Below, piece after piece: positions 20,679-31,243 of a DNA stretch of 64,000 bases (its first letter is position 1; every line of letters starts with the position of its first letter). The stretch lies in NCBI GenBank assembly GCA_965219095.1, contig OZ244719.1, positions 224,001-288,000 of the forward strand. Direction: 5' to 3'. A model generated the notes under the pieces. The model was given only the letters and a program-made list of their open reading frames with translations. It was not told where the DNA came from and made no database searches. The position numbers were made by a program, and so were the translations under genes. This stretch comes from Bdellovibrionales bacterium. Lineage in GTDB: Bacteria > Bdellovibrionota > Bdellovibrionia > Bdellovibrionales > UBA1609.

Positions 20679-23600
20679 AAAGGCGGTATATTTTTTCCTT
20701 AGGCTTCTTGCTATGTCTATGTTTTTTTGCTTTCAGTCTCTTTTTATACAAAAAAAATCATGATACTTTAATTGCAAAAATTTCAGTATTTCTACAGGCC
20801 CAAAGTGACAAACTTCCCCTAAATATTAGCAAACCAGAAAGTCTACAATTTGATATCTTCAAAAGAACCATCAGTTTAAAAAAGATTTCAATTTCTTCTA
20901 AAAATAAAATGAAAAAAAATCTTTTATTTGAACCTTTTGAAATTTCCTCATTAGAATTCTATTTCAGCTTCCAAGACATAATTTCTTTTACCGTCAGAAG
21001 AAGATTTCATTTCAATGAAGTCACAGCCTATATTGATAACGTTAAAATTTCTTTTGATCATTTGAAAGCCTTGCCTAAAATTTTTCAACATGCATCGCAG
21101 GAGGGATCTCTCCATGGAAGCCGTTTCATACTTTTATCAAAAAAAGCAAATCAATTCATCAATTTCAATTTTCCGAAAGCTTCTATTACAAGTTCAAAAA
21201 AATCTCGTAAAATCTATTTTAAGAAGCTCATTCCAGTCACAATGAACTTTAATATAAAACATTTATCTTTTACATCAAAGTCTATGAATCTCAATGTAAA
21301 GGATATATTTCTTTCATCTAAACCTAATACAGAAGAGTTGTCGCAAGAAATTAGAATTAAAGAAATTCATATTAAAACAAAAAAACATAGGCTCCCCCCT
21401 TTATCCTTGGATACGAACCTTCTCATAAAAAACAACCTCTTAATTTCTTTTAAAAAATTTAAATTGAACTACCTAAAATCCAAACTTGATTTTTCAGGTA
21501 ACCTGAGTTTAAGAGATAACAAAATCAATCTTTTTAGTTATAAGAAGTGGAATTCGCAAATTTTCTTAAACTCCTCTGATTTTTCAAAAATAGGCTTCAA
21601 GGGAAAGGGACTCATAAAATTCAATTTAGATTATGAACCATCTCTGCTTACTATCAAAGTAAAGAGTCAAAATTTTCAATTTAAGAAGAATTCTCTAGGT
21701 TATATTGAATCTCACATCCTTCTAGACTCTAATAAAATAGTAGTTAAAGAAGCCCTTATAAAAAATAACAGAGGGGAAAGTCTTTTCATTAAAAATTCTA
21801 TACTTAAAAGACATGGCATTTCTCTTTTTGATATAAAATTGAACAAGTTTCGCTTAGGAAAAATTTTTCATCGTAATTTAAGTTTAAAATTAACAGGCCT
21901 TTTATTCTGTACACTTAATCCTTTTAAAAAAAGGCTTTCTTTTAACAAGAATTTACCCATAACTTGTAAAACAAAAGAAAATTTTCTTATAGAACATATG
22001 GAATTAAAGAATAAATTTTCAGCTAAAAATTTAAATTCCTATCTTTTTTTGAACTATGAAAATAAAATCCTTAAATATGAATCTCGCATTCGTTCTATAA
22101 AATTTATAGGAGAAAGCTCTTTAGGAGAGAACAGACATGCGGTTACTTATGAGGGAAGGAATGTGAATTTATCGCAATTTGATAAAATTTATAATTATTA
22201 TTTAGAGGGATTTGTCACTTTTAAAGGAAAAGCCCTGCTTCAAAAGGGAAAGGCCCAGATGGAGGCACAAACAAATCTTTCAAAAGTGAAGTTCAACAAC
22301 CTTTCAATAAAGAAGGCCCAAGCTCTTTTAAACTACAAAAATCAAAAAATTTTCTTTAAAAACTTACTGCTCCAATTTGATAAAACCTATTACAAAGGGA
22401 TGTTATCCTTAGACTTTAAAAAGAAGATGAGTTACTTTGATATCTTTTCTCCTAATATGAAAATGTCTGAAATTTCTCAAATTGAATTTAAAAATAAATC
22501 CAAAATTTTCCATAAGGTTTTTAAAAACTTTCTAGGAGAAGGCTCTATGAAGGTTGTGGGGACTAGCGATTTTGATATGGAGGATTTAACCTTTGATTTA
22601 AAAACGGATATTTTTAGAGGAAGTCTTTTTAAAGACTACTTCGATCATATAAAATTAAATATTACATCGCAAAAAAATCAGATCAAAATTGAAGATTCTT
22701 TTATCCAAAGGGACAAAGATAAGATTTTTGTCAGTGGGAATTATTCTAATAAAAATTTAAATGTAAAAGTATATACAGATAATTTTTATTTAGAACCTTT
22801 TCTGTTAAAGGACTATCTCCCTATAGTCAAAGGGTCCACAAAATTTAATTTATTAATTTCTGGAAATTTAAAAAACCCAGTTTTTAAATTAAACGGTCGT
22901 TTGCGAAACGATCTCTATAGCTCTCAAAATAACAAAATCCTCTTTCAAATGAAAATAAATGAAAACTTTATTTCATGCAATGCAGATTTCTTTAAAAAAA
23001 GCTTATTAGTTTTTTTCAAAATTCCTCGAAAGAAATATCTTCCTTTCTCTATTAATGGTTCTACAAAAAAATTTGATATTTCTAAGCTTATTCCTAAATT
23101 AAAAAAGCATCAAGGAGACGATTTTAAAGTTGAGCTAGACTCTCGGTTTAAATTTACCTCAAAAAATAGCAATTTTTTTAATTCTTACGGCTATCTTAAA
23201 GATGGGCAACTAAAAATCACTTCAGGACAACACTCTTTTCACAACAAGGTTCCCCTTCACTTAACTTTATCTAAAGGAACTTTAACAAGTCAGTCGCAAT
23301 TAGAAATTTATGGTAAAGCCCGTCAGTTTATAAAATTAAAAAATAATCTTATTGTATTTAAAAAACGTCTAAATATTCATATGGAAGGAAATATAAATGC
23401 AAAGGCATTCCAGTTTCTCTCTCCTGCAATAGCTATTGCCGATGGGGAAAGCCACTTTTTTTTAAAAATTGTAGGCGATGAGAAGAATCTCAATTCTAAT
23501 GGGTATTTTAATCTTAGAAAAGGGTTTTTAAAATTAAAAGACTTCAAACATTCTTTAGAACAGATCCAAATGAACTTAAATATAGTTAATAACAAAGTTT

Positions 23601-24712
23601 CAATAGATTCATTTAAAGCTAATATCAACGATACACCTAGCAAAATTAGTGGACACATAAAAATTTTTCAAAAAAATGCTATGCCTTTAGATCTCTCTTT
23701 AAAAATGTCTAATTTTAATTTAGAATATCCTAAAGGACTGCAAACTAAAGGAAATTTGAATCTTTCTCTAAAAGGCCGGAAGCACCCCTATAAACTATCA
23801 GGATTTATAAAAATTAAGGAAGGCAAAACATCTTCAGACTTAGGAAAAAAATCATCATCTTACATTTATCCTAGTGTTTTTCTTAAAAATATAGGCACAA
23901 AAAAGACCCTTAGTAAGGTTATTTTCGATCAGCTTCTCGTTGAAGGACAGAATTTAAATTTCTTAAATAAAAATCTTAACTTTAAGGTTAGTGGCCATGC
24001 TTATCTTTTAGGAAGTTTTCGAAACCCTATTCTTGAGGGGAGGGCTAATATTCTTCCGGAAAGCAGTTTTGAGTTTCAAAATAACAAATTTTTTATTACA
24101 AGGGGCAGCTTATCTTATCAAAGAGATTTTGCAGACAACCCTAGAGTTTTTATACTTGCTTATACTCCTGTGGAGACAGGGAAAATTTCTTATAAGATCG
24201 ACATTAAAGTAGAAGGTTTTGCTAAAAAAAATCAAATAACTCTATCAAGCACTCCCCCTCTTAACAGAAACGAAATTTTAAGGTTATTAAGGTCTCGAAT
24301 CACACCAGAAGATCTTGATGACCTGTCACAAGCTCAAAATGAACTTGCTAGTGAGGGAATCTATCAAGTTAGTAGTTTTATTTTTTCTAATCTTTTGGGT
24401 GATACAATAAGAAATAATTTAGGTTTAAACGTAAGAATTTTACCCTCAGAAGACACAACTGAAAACAATACACTTATAGTACCTAAAATAAAAGTCGAAA
24501 AACAAATATCAGACAGCCTTAATTTATCTATTAGTAGAACCTTTGGTGTTCAAGAGAAAAATAATATTAATCTTATCTATAAACTATCCAATAAATGGTC
24601 CTTACAAGCTTCCTGGGAAGACAGCAATAAATCTAAAGATAATAAAGCAACAGATTCTTCTAACACTCAGAGTTTTGATATTAATTTAGAATATAAAAGA
24701 AGGTTCAAATAA
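20660..24712 (+). CDS. tamB: Translocation and assembly module TamB-like protein
   Basis: 1350 aa, N-terminal anchor, beta-rich, C-terminal DUF490-like LSSTPPL...EIL; next to an Omp85 gene. Confidence 0.75.
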   Translation: MGNTRMKRRYIFSLGFLLCLCFFAFSLFLYKKNHDTLIAKISVFLQAQSDKLPLNISKPESLQFDIFKRTISLKKISISSKNKMKKNLLFEPFEISSLEFYFSFQDIISFTVRRRFHFNEVTAYIDNVKISFDHLKALPKIFQHASQEGSLHGSRFILLSKKANQFINFNFPKASITSSKKSRKIYFKKLIPVTMNFNIKHLSFTSKSMNLNVKDIFLSSKPNTEELSQEIRIKEIHIKTKKHRLPPLSLDTNLLIKNNLLISFKKFKLNYLKSKLDFSGNLSLRDNKINLFSYKKWNSQIFLNSSDFSKIGFKGKGLIKFNLDYEPSLLTIKVKSQNFQFKKNSLGYIESHILLDSNKIVVKEALIKNNRGESLFIKNSILKRHGISLFDIKLNKFRLGKIFHRNLSLKLTGLLFCTLNPFKKRLSFNKNLPITCKTKENFLIEHMELKNKFSAKNLNSYLFLNYENKILKYESRIRSIKFIGESSLGENRHAVTYEGRNVNLSQFDKIYNYYLEGFVTFKGKALLQKGKAQMEAQTNLSKVKFNNLSIKKAQALLNYKNQKIFFKNLLLQFDKTYYKGMLSLDFKKKMSYFDIFSPNMKMSEISQIEFKNKSKIFHKVFKNFLGEGSMKVVGTSDFDMEDLTFDLKTDIFRGSLFKDYFDHIKLNITSQKNQIKIEDSFIQRDKDKIFVSGNYSNKNLNVKVYTDNFYLEPFLLKDYLPIVKGSTKFNLLISGNLKNPVFKLNGRLRNDLYSSQNNKILFQMKINENFISCNADFFKKSLLVFFKIPRKKYLPFSINGSTKKFDISKLIPKLKKHQGDDFKVELDSRFKFTSKNSNFFNSYGYLKDGQLKITSGQHSFHNKVPLHLTLSKGTLTSQSQLEIYGKARQFIKLKNNLIVFKKRLNIHMEGNINAKAFQFLSPAIAIADGESHFFLKIVGDEKNLNSNGYFNLRKGFLKLKDFKHSLEQIQMNLNIVNNKVSIDSFKANINDTPSKISGHIKIFQKNAMPLDLSLKMSNFNLEYPKGLQTKGNLNLSLKGRKHPYKLSGFIKIKEGKTSSDLGKKSSSYIYPSVFLKNIGTKKTLSKVIFDQLLVEGQNLNFLNKNLNFKVSGHAYLLGSFRNPILEGRANILPESSFEFQNNKFFITRGSLSYQRDFADNPRVFILAYTPVETGKISYKIDIKVEGFAKKNQITLSSTPPLNRNEILRLLRSRITPEDLDDLSQAQNELASEGIYQVSSFIFSNLLGDTIRNNLGLNVRILPSEDTTENNTLIVPKIKVEKQISDSLNLSISRTFGVQEKNNINLIYKLSNKWSLQASWEDSNKSKDNKATDSSNTQSFDINLEYKRRFK

Positions 24713-27258
24713 TGAATTGGCAATTCGCTGTTGGGCTTATTTTTCTACTCATTCACATAGAAGCTTTCTGTAAAATAAGTGTAATATTTCAGGGGGTTTC
24801 TTCTTTAAATATCGAAAGCTTACAGGAACAAATATCATATTTGAAAAAAAATCAAATAAAAAAATTTTTAATTTCAAAATATAAAAGCAAGGGGTTTTTT
24901 AATGCAAACATTTCACTACTTCATAAAGGTGAAGGTTCTTATATTGTTGAAGTTAAAGAGGGCGATCTATGTAAAATAAAAAGCATTAAAGTTCATAAAA
25001 AAAGAAAAGAGCTCAAAAACCTTTCTCATTTTTATAGGGCAACAGATGAGGTCTGCTCAAATGAAAATAAAAAATCCATTGAAAGAATTCTAAAGAAAAA
25101 ATTACTGAAGGAAAACTATTTTAGATACAATTTGAAGTCATACAATTTCGTCTTATCGTCCGATAAAAAAACAGCTATCTTATATTTTGATTTTGATAAT
25201 TTGGATCAACTTAATTTAAAATTCATAGGTAACAAAAAGATCTCAACACGGAGACTGTTAAGGGATCTTGATTTGGATGAGTATTTTAAAGTCGAACTTG
25301 ATTTTGAAGATTACTTGTTTCAAAAAATAAAGATTTCTTATTACAATTTAGGTTATACCGGAACCAAAATAAAAATTGAAGAGAAGAAAGGGCTTATTAT
25401 AGCTAGTATACAAGAAGGGTCAAAGGTTCTCATAGATGAAATTAGAATTAAAGGAAGATTCTCAAGGCCTGTTAAGTATTATATAAATTATATACTTAAA
25501 AATAGTTCAGAATTTATAAAACTAGGCTATTTTAATATTGAAGATTTTGAGTTAACACTTAGTAAACTTTCTAATCATATAAGAAATGAGGGTTATGTGG
25601 AGTTTGAATTAGTTTCAAAAAATTATAAATTTTCAAAGAATGAGAAGAAAGTTAGTATTACGTTAAATTTAAACGAAGGATCCATAGCTGTTATAGGAGA
25701 AATTAATTTTATTGGTGCTGAAAGGGTTTCCTATAAACAACTCTCTAAAGTCTTGGGCTTGAAGGTTGGATCACCTCTTAATTTTTATAAATTAGAAGGC
25801 AGTTTTGAAAAACTAAAATCATTTTACAACAGCTTTGGTTATCTTGAAATGAAGCTTAAAACAGATTCTGACATTATTAAGTACGATGAGGGAACAAAAG
25901 AAGCTCGTCTTAACTTAAAAATTGAAGAAGGACAACAAATCAAAATTAAAAATATCTTTGTTAAAGGTCTTAGATTGACAAAAAATAACTTTGTTGTAAA
26001 ACTTTCAGGACTGAAACAAGGTGATGTTCTAACATCTGAAAAGATAACACAAGCCATTTCAAATTTGGATAATTCAGACCTTTTTAGTTTCGTCAATATT
26101 GATTTTGAAAAAACAAAAGAATCTCAAAGAAATTTAACAATCTTGGTTCAAGAAATAGATCCAGGAGAAATAAGAACAGGTATTGGTCTAAATAAAGAAA
26201 GCGGTATTAGTGGTAAAATTTATGGAGAGCTTTTTTATAAGAATATAAAAGGAAAAGGAAGGCAATTTCGACTTTTTTCTGAGCTAAAAAATAATTTTAC
26301 TTATCCAAAATTAGGCCTTGATTATAATATTACAACAACATATGTAGAACCTTTTTTATTGGGAGGGAATCTTAAAGGTATTGCAAAAACCTCTCTCGGA
26401 AAACAAGTCACACAAATTGAAGTCATAAATAAAGAAAATAAAATTAGCTTTGAAAGGACGAGACAGTTAGGATTTTTTATTGAAAAAAAATTAAACTATA
26501 ATATATTTTTCCAACTTAATTTATGGTCTCTAGAAGTTTTAAATCACTTTACTATTAAGGGTTCAGAAACTGTATTCGATGACGGTGAAAAAGTCTCATT
26601 AATAGGCCCTAGTCTTTATTTAGATTATAGAGATAATCAATTTTTACCTACAAAAGGATTTTATTTCAATTGGAATTTGTTTTACTCTGCTCCTTTTGCT
26701 GGGAGTTCTGAAGGAATCCACTTTTTGAAGACAGAAAACACTTTTAACTACTATAACAATTTCAATATATTTGTTTTAGCTCAAATGCTAAGAGTTGGGT
26801 TTTTAAAAAATTTAAGTTCATCAGAACTAAGCGGTGTACCTAAAAGCTATGCTTTTTTTCTAGGAGGAGACTCAACTTTAAGAGGTTATAGAGCCGTGCA
26901 ACCCAATGAACGCCTCCCTTTTTCTGATGATTTTAGAAACTCCGGAGAAGATCCTGATAATACCAAATCTTTTATCAAAGATAAAAGTTATTTATTTTTG
27001 TACAAAGCAGAGACTCGTATTCCCCTTTTTGGCAGATTTAATAGCGTTTTGTTTTACGATTTAGGAGCAGTTTTTGTATCTCATATCAAGCAGAAAAAAC
27101 CTTTTGCTCATTCAACAGGCTTTGGTATAAGGTATAAAACTCCCATCGGAACCATAAATATAGAGTGGGCCTTTAAGCTTGGTCAGTTAAGAAAAATTGG
27201 TGAACCTAAAAAAACAGAACCTCGCTACCGCATACATTTCTCTCTTGGCTCCTATTAA
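24712..27258 (+). CDS. Omp85 family (TamA/BamA-like) outer membrane protein
   Basis: POTRA repeats, FFLGGDSTLRGY, GFGIRYKTPIG, terminal HFSLGSY. Confidence 0.88.
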   Translation: MNWQFAVGLIFLLIHIEAFCKISVIFQGVSSLNIESLQEQISYLKKNQIKKFLISKYKSKGFFNANISLLHKGEGSYIVEVKEGDLCKIKSIKVHKKRKELKNLSHFYRATDEVCSNENKKSIERILKKKLLKENYFRYNLKSYNFVLSSDKKTAILYFDFDNLDQLNLKFIGNKKISTRRLLRDLDLDEYFKVELDFEDYLFQKIKISYYNLGYTGTKIKIEEKKGLIIASIQEGSKVLIDEIRIKGRFSRPVKYYINYILKNSSEFIKLGYFNIEDFELTLSKLSNHIRNEGYVEFELVSKNYKFSKNEKKVSITLNLNEGSIAVIGEINFIGAERVSYKQLSKVLGLKVGSPLNFYKLEGSFEKLKSFYNSFGYLEMKLKTDSDIIKYDEGTKEARLNLKIEEGQQIKIKNIFVKGLRLTKNNFVVKLSGLKQGDVLTSEKITQAISNLDNSDLFSFVNIDFEKTKESQRNLTILVQEIDPGEIRTGIGLNKESGISGKIYGELFYKNIKGKGRQFRLFSELKNNFTYPKLGLDYNITTTYVEPFLLGGNLKGIAKTSLGKQVTQIEVINKENKISFERTRQLGFFIEKKLNYNIFFQLNLWSLEVLNHFTIKGSETVFDDGEKVSLIGPSLYLDYRDNQFLPTKGFYFNWNLFYSAPFAGSSEGIHFLKTENTFNYYNNFNIFVLAQMLRVGFLKNLSSSELSGVPKSYAFFLGGDSTLRGYRAVQPNERLPFSDDFRNSGEDPDNTKSFIKDKSYLFLYKAETRIPLFGRFNSVLFYDLGAVFVSHIKQKKPFAHSTGFGIRYKTPIGTINIEWAFKLGQLRKIGEPKKTEPRYRIHFSLGSY

Positions 27259-27357
27259 CCCAAGTTTCAACTTTTTTCGGGGCTAAAGATAGCTGATATA
27301 GCCGAATACCTCAGCCCTTTGTAAGATTTTCTTAAAAAAGAGGCAATTTATAAGAAA

Positions 27358-27743
27358 GCCTCCTCAAAAGAATCTGTGGGTTCCCGGAGGTTCTGGCAGT
27401 TTTCCAAGGTTATGATATAAGGCGATTTTTATAGCTTTAGAGGTTCTAAAGCCGTAAGATTTTCTCATAGTGAGTTTTACTTTGTTGTTTAAACCCTCTA
27501 CAATCCCTGAGGAGAAGGCTTTTTTAGCCTTGAAGTAATTAAGAATAAGTAGCTTATGTCTTCGTATGGTTTTTGCTTCTCTTTTCATAGGTTCAATTTT
27601 TGAAAGCATGACTCGTCTCGTCCAACTGTCTATAAATTTACCAGCCCAAGTTGGTGAAACATAGGTCCATAACTGTCGGAAGTCTTCTTTTAAAAGATAA
27701 CAGCGGATACTTTTTAAATTGTACTGTATTAAATGCCTTAATT
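27358..27743 (-). mobile_element. ISL3 3' fragment with right end
   Basis: Near-identical to the right part of 31244..32763; cut by an IS481 left end. Confidence 0.88.
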
Positions 27744-28249
27744 TGTAATAGTCGCGACTTAATCTGACACGTCTCGAAATGTCAAAGAGATGAAAAGAGG
27801 TTACCCTTTTAAATAAACAATACCACCCCAAAGGGTTGAACTTCCCCTGTTTCTGCGGACAGTCAATTTTCTCTTAAAGTCTCCATAAAATGGAGGTAAA
27901 AGAAAGAATTATAAAATCAAAAGTAGGTCTTTTGCAATTAGCAGAAGAGTTAGGCAATGTATCTCAAGCTTGTAAGGTGATGGGCTTTTCAAGAGATACA
28001 TTTTATCGTTACAAGACACTCAAAGAGGAAGGAGGTTTAGAATCATTAAGAGAGCAAAGTCGTAGAAAGCCTAATTTAAAAAACAGAGTTGATCAAACGA
28101 CAGAAGAGGCTTGTTTAAGGATCGCTATAGAACTTCCTGCCTATGGACAGTTGAGAGCGTCCAATGAGTTAAGGAAAAAAGGAATTTTTATTTCTCCTGC
28201 AGGAGTTAGAGGGGTCTGGCTGAGAAATAATTTAGAGACTTTCAAAAAG
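27744..28249 (+). mobile_element. IS481 5' part: left IR, IS3 left-end insertion at 27837, chimeric ORF 27890..28252
   Basis: TGTAATAGTCGCGACTTAATCTGACAC resembles the IS481 right IR; LAEELGNVSQACKVMG HTH; first codons MEVKER come from IS3 orfA. Confidence 0.82.
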
Positions 28250-28293
28250 TGATCTTCCCCCAAAAAAGTGGACAGTTTTTTGGGGGAAGTTCA
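28250..28293. mobile_element. 44-bp IS3 ends-only palindrome
   Basis: TGATCTTCCCCCAAAAAAGTGGACAGTTTTTTGGGGGAAGTTCA. Confidence 0.8.
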
Positions 28294-28670
28294 TAGTCTT
28301 TAAAAGCATCTCTTCCCTCCTTTGTTTTTTTTGGTTGAATAAACATTTTAAGGCATCTGGGAAGTAGGTGCTTCTTTTTTAAAATTTTAATGTAATACAG
28401 CAAATAAAAGAATGTTTTTGAGTTCAATCGCCAAAGGCGATAGAGGCCAGTAAGGCCTCAAAGAACTCAAAAATACAAGACAGGATATCTTACTCTTACT
28501 TTGATTAATATGACCTTGGTTGTTCTTACAATCCTTTTTGAAAAATTTATATGTCCATTTTTGTTCACTTTTGTTCACTTTTGTCCGTTTTAAAAATGAT
28601 TTCATTCGTTTATAACCTTATCTTGCTTGATGCACACAAAATATAATGTAGTAATGAAAGGAGAATAAAA

Positions 28671-28985
28671 ATGAAAAAAATAATTTTAATTATAATTACA
28701 TCTGTATTGTTTTCGCAGATGGTGGTGGCCAAAATTTTCACTTTTAAAGGCTTGGGAAGTACCTATTATGGTAACTGTCCATGGACCCCTAATGGTAAGG
28801 ATTGCGATCTCGATGAGCTTGAAGTTAAAGCCTTTGATGCTTGTTATAAAAGTTATGATTATTGCGTAACTATTGAGAAATACACCCACACTATAAGAAG
28901 AAATAATGCAGCTTGGTGGAACAACTGTAGCAAAGGTTCTAAAAGATATCAGTGCGTAGTAAGAGTGAGAGGGAGCAACAATTAA
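28671..28985 (+). CDS. Small secreted Cys-rich hypothetical protein
   Basis: MKKIILIII signal peptide, six Cys, AGGAG RBS, upstream TATAAT. Confidence 0.75.
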   Translation: MKKIILIIITSVLFSQMVVAKIFTFKGLGSTYYGNCPWTPNGKDCDLDELEVKAFDACYKSYDYCVTIEKYTHTIRRNNAAWWNNCSKGSKRYQCVVRVRGSNN

Positions 28986-29469
28986 ATAACCCAAATTCCA
29001 CGCTAAAAATGATCACTACATTGCTCTAACATAAGATGTAATAGTCGCAACTTAATCTGACACTTTTTTTGGGGGATTCTTAACTACTTTTTACCCACAG
29101 ATTTCCTGGAAGGAGCATAAATTTTTTCTCTTTGACCCATGGCAGAAAAAGAGGGAGGACAATAAATCTGATTTCACTAGTATGGGATTATTGGCTCTTT
29201 TAATTTTAAGAAAACTTTGTTTCTTTAGTTACGATGCTGTTGGCTTTTCCTATGGTTTGGTTGGATTTATTGACGGTATCTACTAGATGCATTGCCTTGC
29301 GAAAAAATGCTCTAAATTGGATAAGAAAGTTTAGGTCTCATATAAAATACTCTAATGAAATAACCCAAAAAACTTAGAAATTAAATTATAATTTCAATTT
29401 AAAAAAAGGGACTCTGTATCCTAGTCTTAAAATTTTGACATCACCTTGTCTCTTTGCCATTGTATAGTT

Positions 29470-30423
29470 ATGCCTTATATCAAAAGTTTTTTAAGAGTGA
29501 GTTTTTTAGTTCTGCTGAGCTATGAAGCTTTAGCTCAATTAGGAGCTTATGAAGTCAAGGAGAAAACAAATCTTGTTGTAAAGGGTTTTTATGGTGATTT
29601 AGAGCTTATTCCTTCCCGTCAAGAGAAAAAAATTCTTGTAAACTCCAACTCTTTTTTTAAAATCATAGATACAGAAAAGAAGCTCACAGTAGAGTTTTCC
29701 ATTCCTTTAAAGGATATCAATAAAGCTCAAAAAGTGATCCTCAAGTTGGTCTATCCTGAAAAGCTAAATTTAGATGTTTACTGGTATAAGGCTTATGTGA
29801 AACTGAAAGGCCCTAGAGGAAAAGTCTTTCTGCAACTTCAAGAAGGGGAATTGAACTTAGAAGAGAACAAAGCTGAAATGACAATTTATACGCAAAAAGC
29901 AAAAATAAAGATTTTACGAAATGAAGCCTCTGTGTTTGTAAAAACTTTTTCAAGTTCTACTGAGATAGAGAAAAATAAAAAAACAGTGAGCTTAGATTCT
30001 TTTTTAGGATCTGTAGAAATGAGAGATTCTTCTGGTTTTTTTAAAGTTCAAGGAGAGAAAACAAAAGTACGTTTGAACCACTTTTCAGGTGTTTTTAAAT
30101 TTTCTCTAAGAGAGGCCGATTTGAAGGCTGAAAACTTAGATGCAAAAGTGACAGGGTGGGCTGGTTTAGGGCTTGTTAATCTAGATTTTAACAAGAAAAT
30201 TGATTTGAATGTAAAAACGAATGAGAGTTCAGTTGAGGTGGCTTTTAAAGACCTCAAAGGGAAAGTCTTTCTTCTTTCTAAGAAGGGCTCTATTAAAGCA
30301 CCTCAAGGGATTCTTGTTAAACAATCTCTTTACACACAGGCGAAGGGCTTCTTTCATGGAGAAAAAAAAGGTAAAATCCTTGTCAAAACAGAAAAAGGTG
30401 CTATTATCTTAAAAAGAAAGTAG
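29470..30423 (+). CDS. Secreted beta-strand repeat protein (DUF4097/adhesin-like)
   Basis: Signal peptide ending ALA; repeated short beta motifs (G.V.L, KT..G.I.L); ATG 29470 chosen (ORF track 29446). Confidence 0.6.
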   Translation: MPYIKSFLRVSFLVLLSYEALAQLGAYEVKEKTNLVVKGFYGDLELIPSRQEKKILVNSNSFFKIIDTEKKLTVEFSIPLKDINKAQKVILKLVYPEKLNLDVYWYKAYVKLKGPRGKVFLQLQEGELNLEENKAEMTIYTQKAKIKILRNEASVFVKTFSSSTEIEKNKKTVSLDSFLGSVEMRDSSGFFKVQGEKTKVRLNHFSGVFKFSLREADLKAENLDAKVTGWAGLGLVNLDFNKKIDLNVKTNESSVEVAFKDLKGKVFLLSKKGSIKAPQGILVKQSLYTQAKGFFHGEKKGKILVKTEKGAIILKRK

Positions 30424-30434
30424 GTAAGTGTGCC

Positions 30435-31175
30435 ATGGCAAAGAAAAAGAAAAAAAAATCCTTAATCAAAAAAATTAAGAATATTGTGATACGTTCAAAA
30501 TCAAAAAAGACGGAAACTAAAAAGAAGGCAAAGAAAAAAGTCAATAAAAAAAGACAAAAAAAGACTTCTCAAAAACCTATTAAAAAGGCCAAAAAAAAGA
30601 CTAAAAAAATTATTTCAAAAACCTTTCAAAAGAAACAAACTAAAAAAACTAAAAAAATAGTTTTTAAAAGGAAAAAAAATAAGGATACAACTCAACAGAC
30701 TCGGAAAAAACCTCAGAAGAAAGCGGAAAAAGCTGTTGTGCAATCTATGAAGAAAGAAAAAAGGCTTACTTATATAGATGAGATGAAAAAAGCCCTTCTT
30801 AATTATAAAGACCACCCACCTGAGCAAACGATCCTTGTCGATGCAGAAAGAAGAGCTTATTGTTTAGCAATTGACTGTGATCAAATTGCTCAAGTGGAAA
30901 GTTATTGTCGTTATCATTATCTTTCTTTATGGAAAAAAATCCAAAAACGTAGAAAAATATTAGCAGAAAACCAGATTTACACTTACCTACAGATCCTTTC
31001 TGATTCTTACTCTCTAAGAATGATTTATGTGATTTATAAGGATCTTTCTGACGAAAGAGACTTTTTAGATGTCATTCAAGAACTTTATTCTGATGACTTA
31101 GAATTTTCTCAAAGTGAGGAAGGGCCTTTAGGAAGCAATATAGAAAGTGAAATAGAAAATTTTAATAAAGGCTAG
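30435..31175 (+). CDS. Lys-rich N-terminal (histone H1-like) protein with C-x4-C...C-x2-H putative Zn finger and acidic tail
   Basis: KKAKKK-rich first ~100 aa; YCLAIDCD...YCRYHY. Confidence 0.75.
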   Translation: MAKKKKKKSLIKKIKNIVIRSKSKKTETKKKAKKKVNKKRQKKTSQKPIKKAKKKTKKIISKTFQKKQTKKTKKIVFKRKKNKDTTQQTRKKPQKKAEKAVVQSMKKEKRLTYIDEMKKALLNYKDHPPEQTILVDAERRAYCLAIDCDQIAQVESYCRYHYLSLWKKIQKRRKILAENQIYTYLQILSDSYSLRMIYVIYKDLSDERDFLDVIQELYSDDLEFSQSEEGPLGSNIESEIENFNKG

Positions 31176-31243
31176 TGTTCTGACCAGTAATTTTTTTCAC
31201 AATTTTCAAGCCTTTAATCCAGGTCATTTTATTTAATTTTTTT

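Noticed and set aside
27278..27320. Imperfect hairpin after the Omp85 gene
   Set aside because: Pairing too weak to call a terminator or ncRNA.
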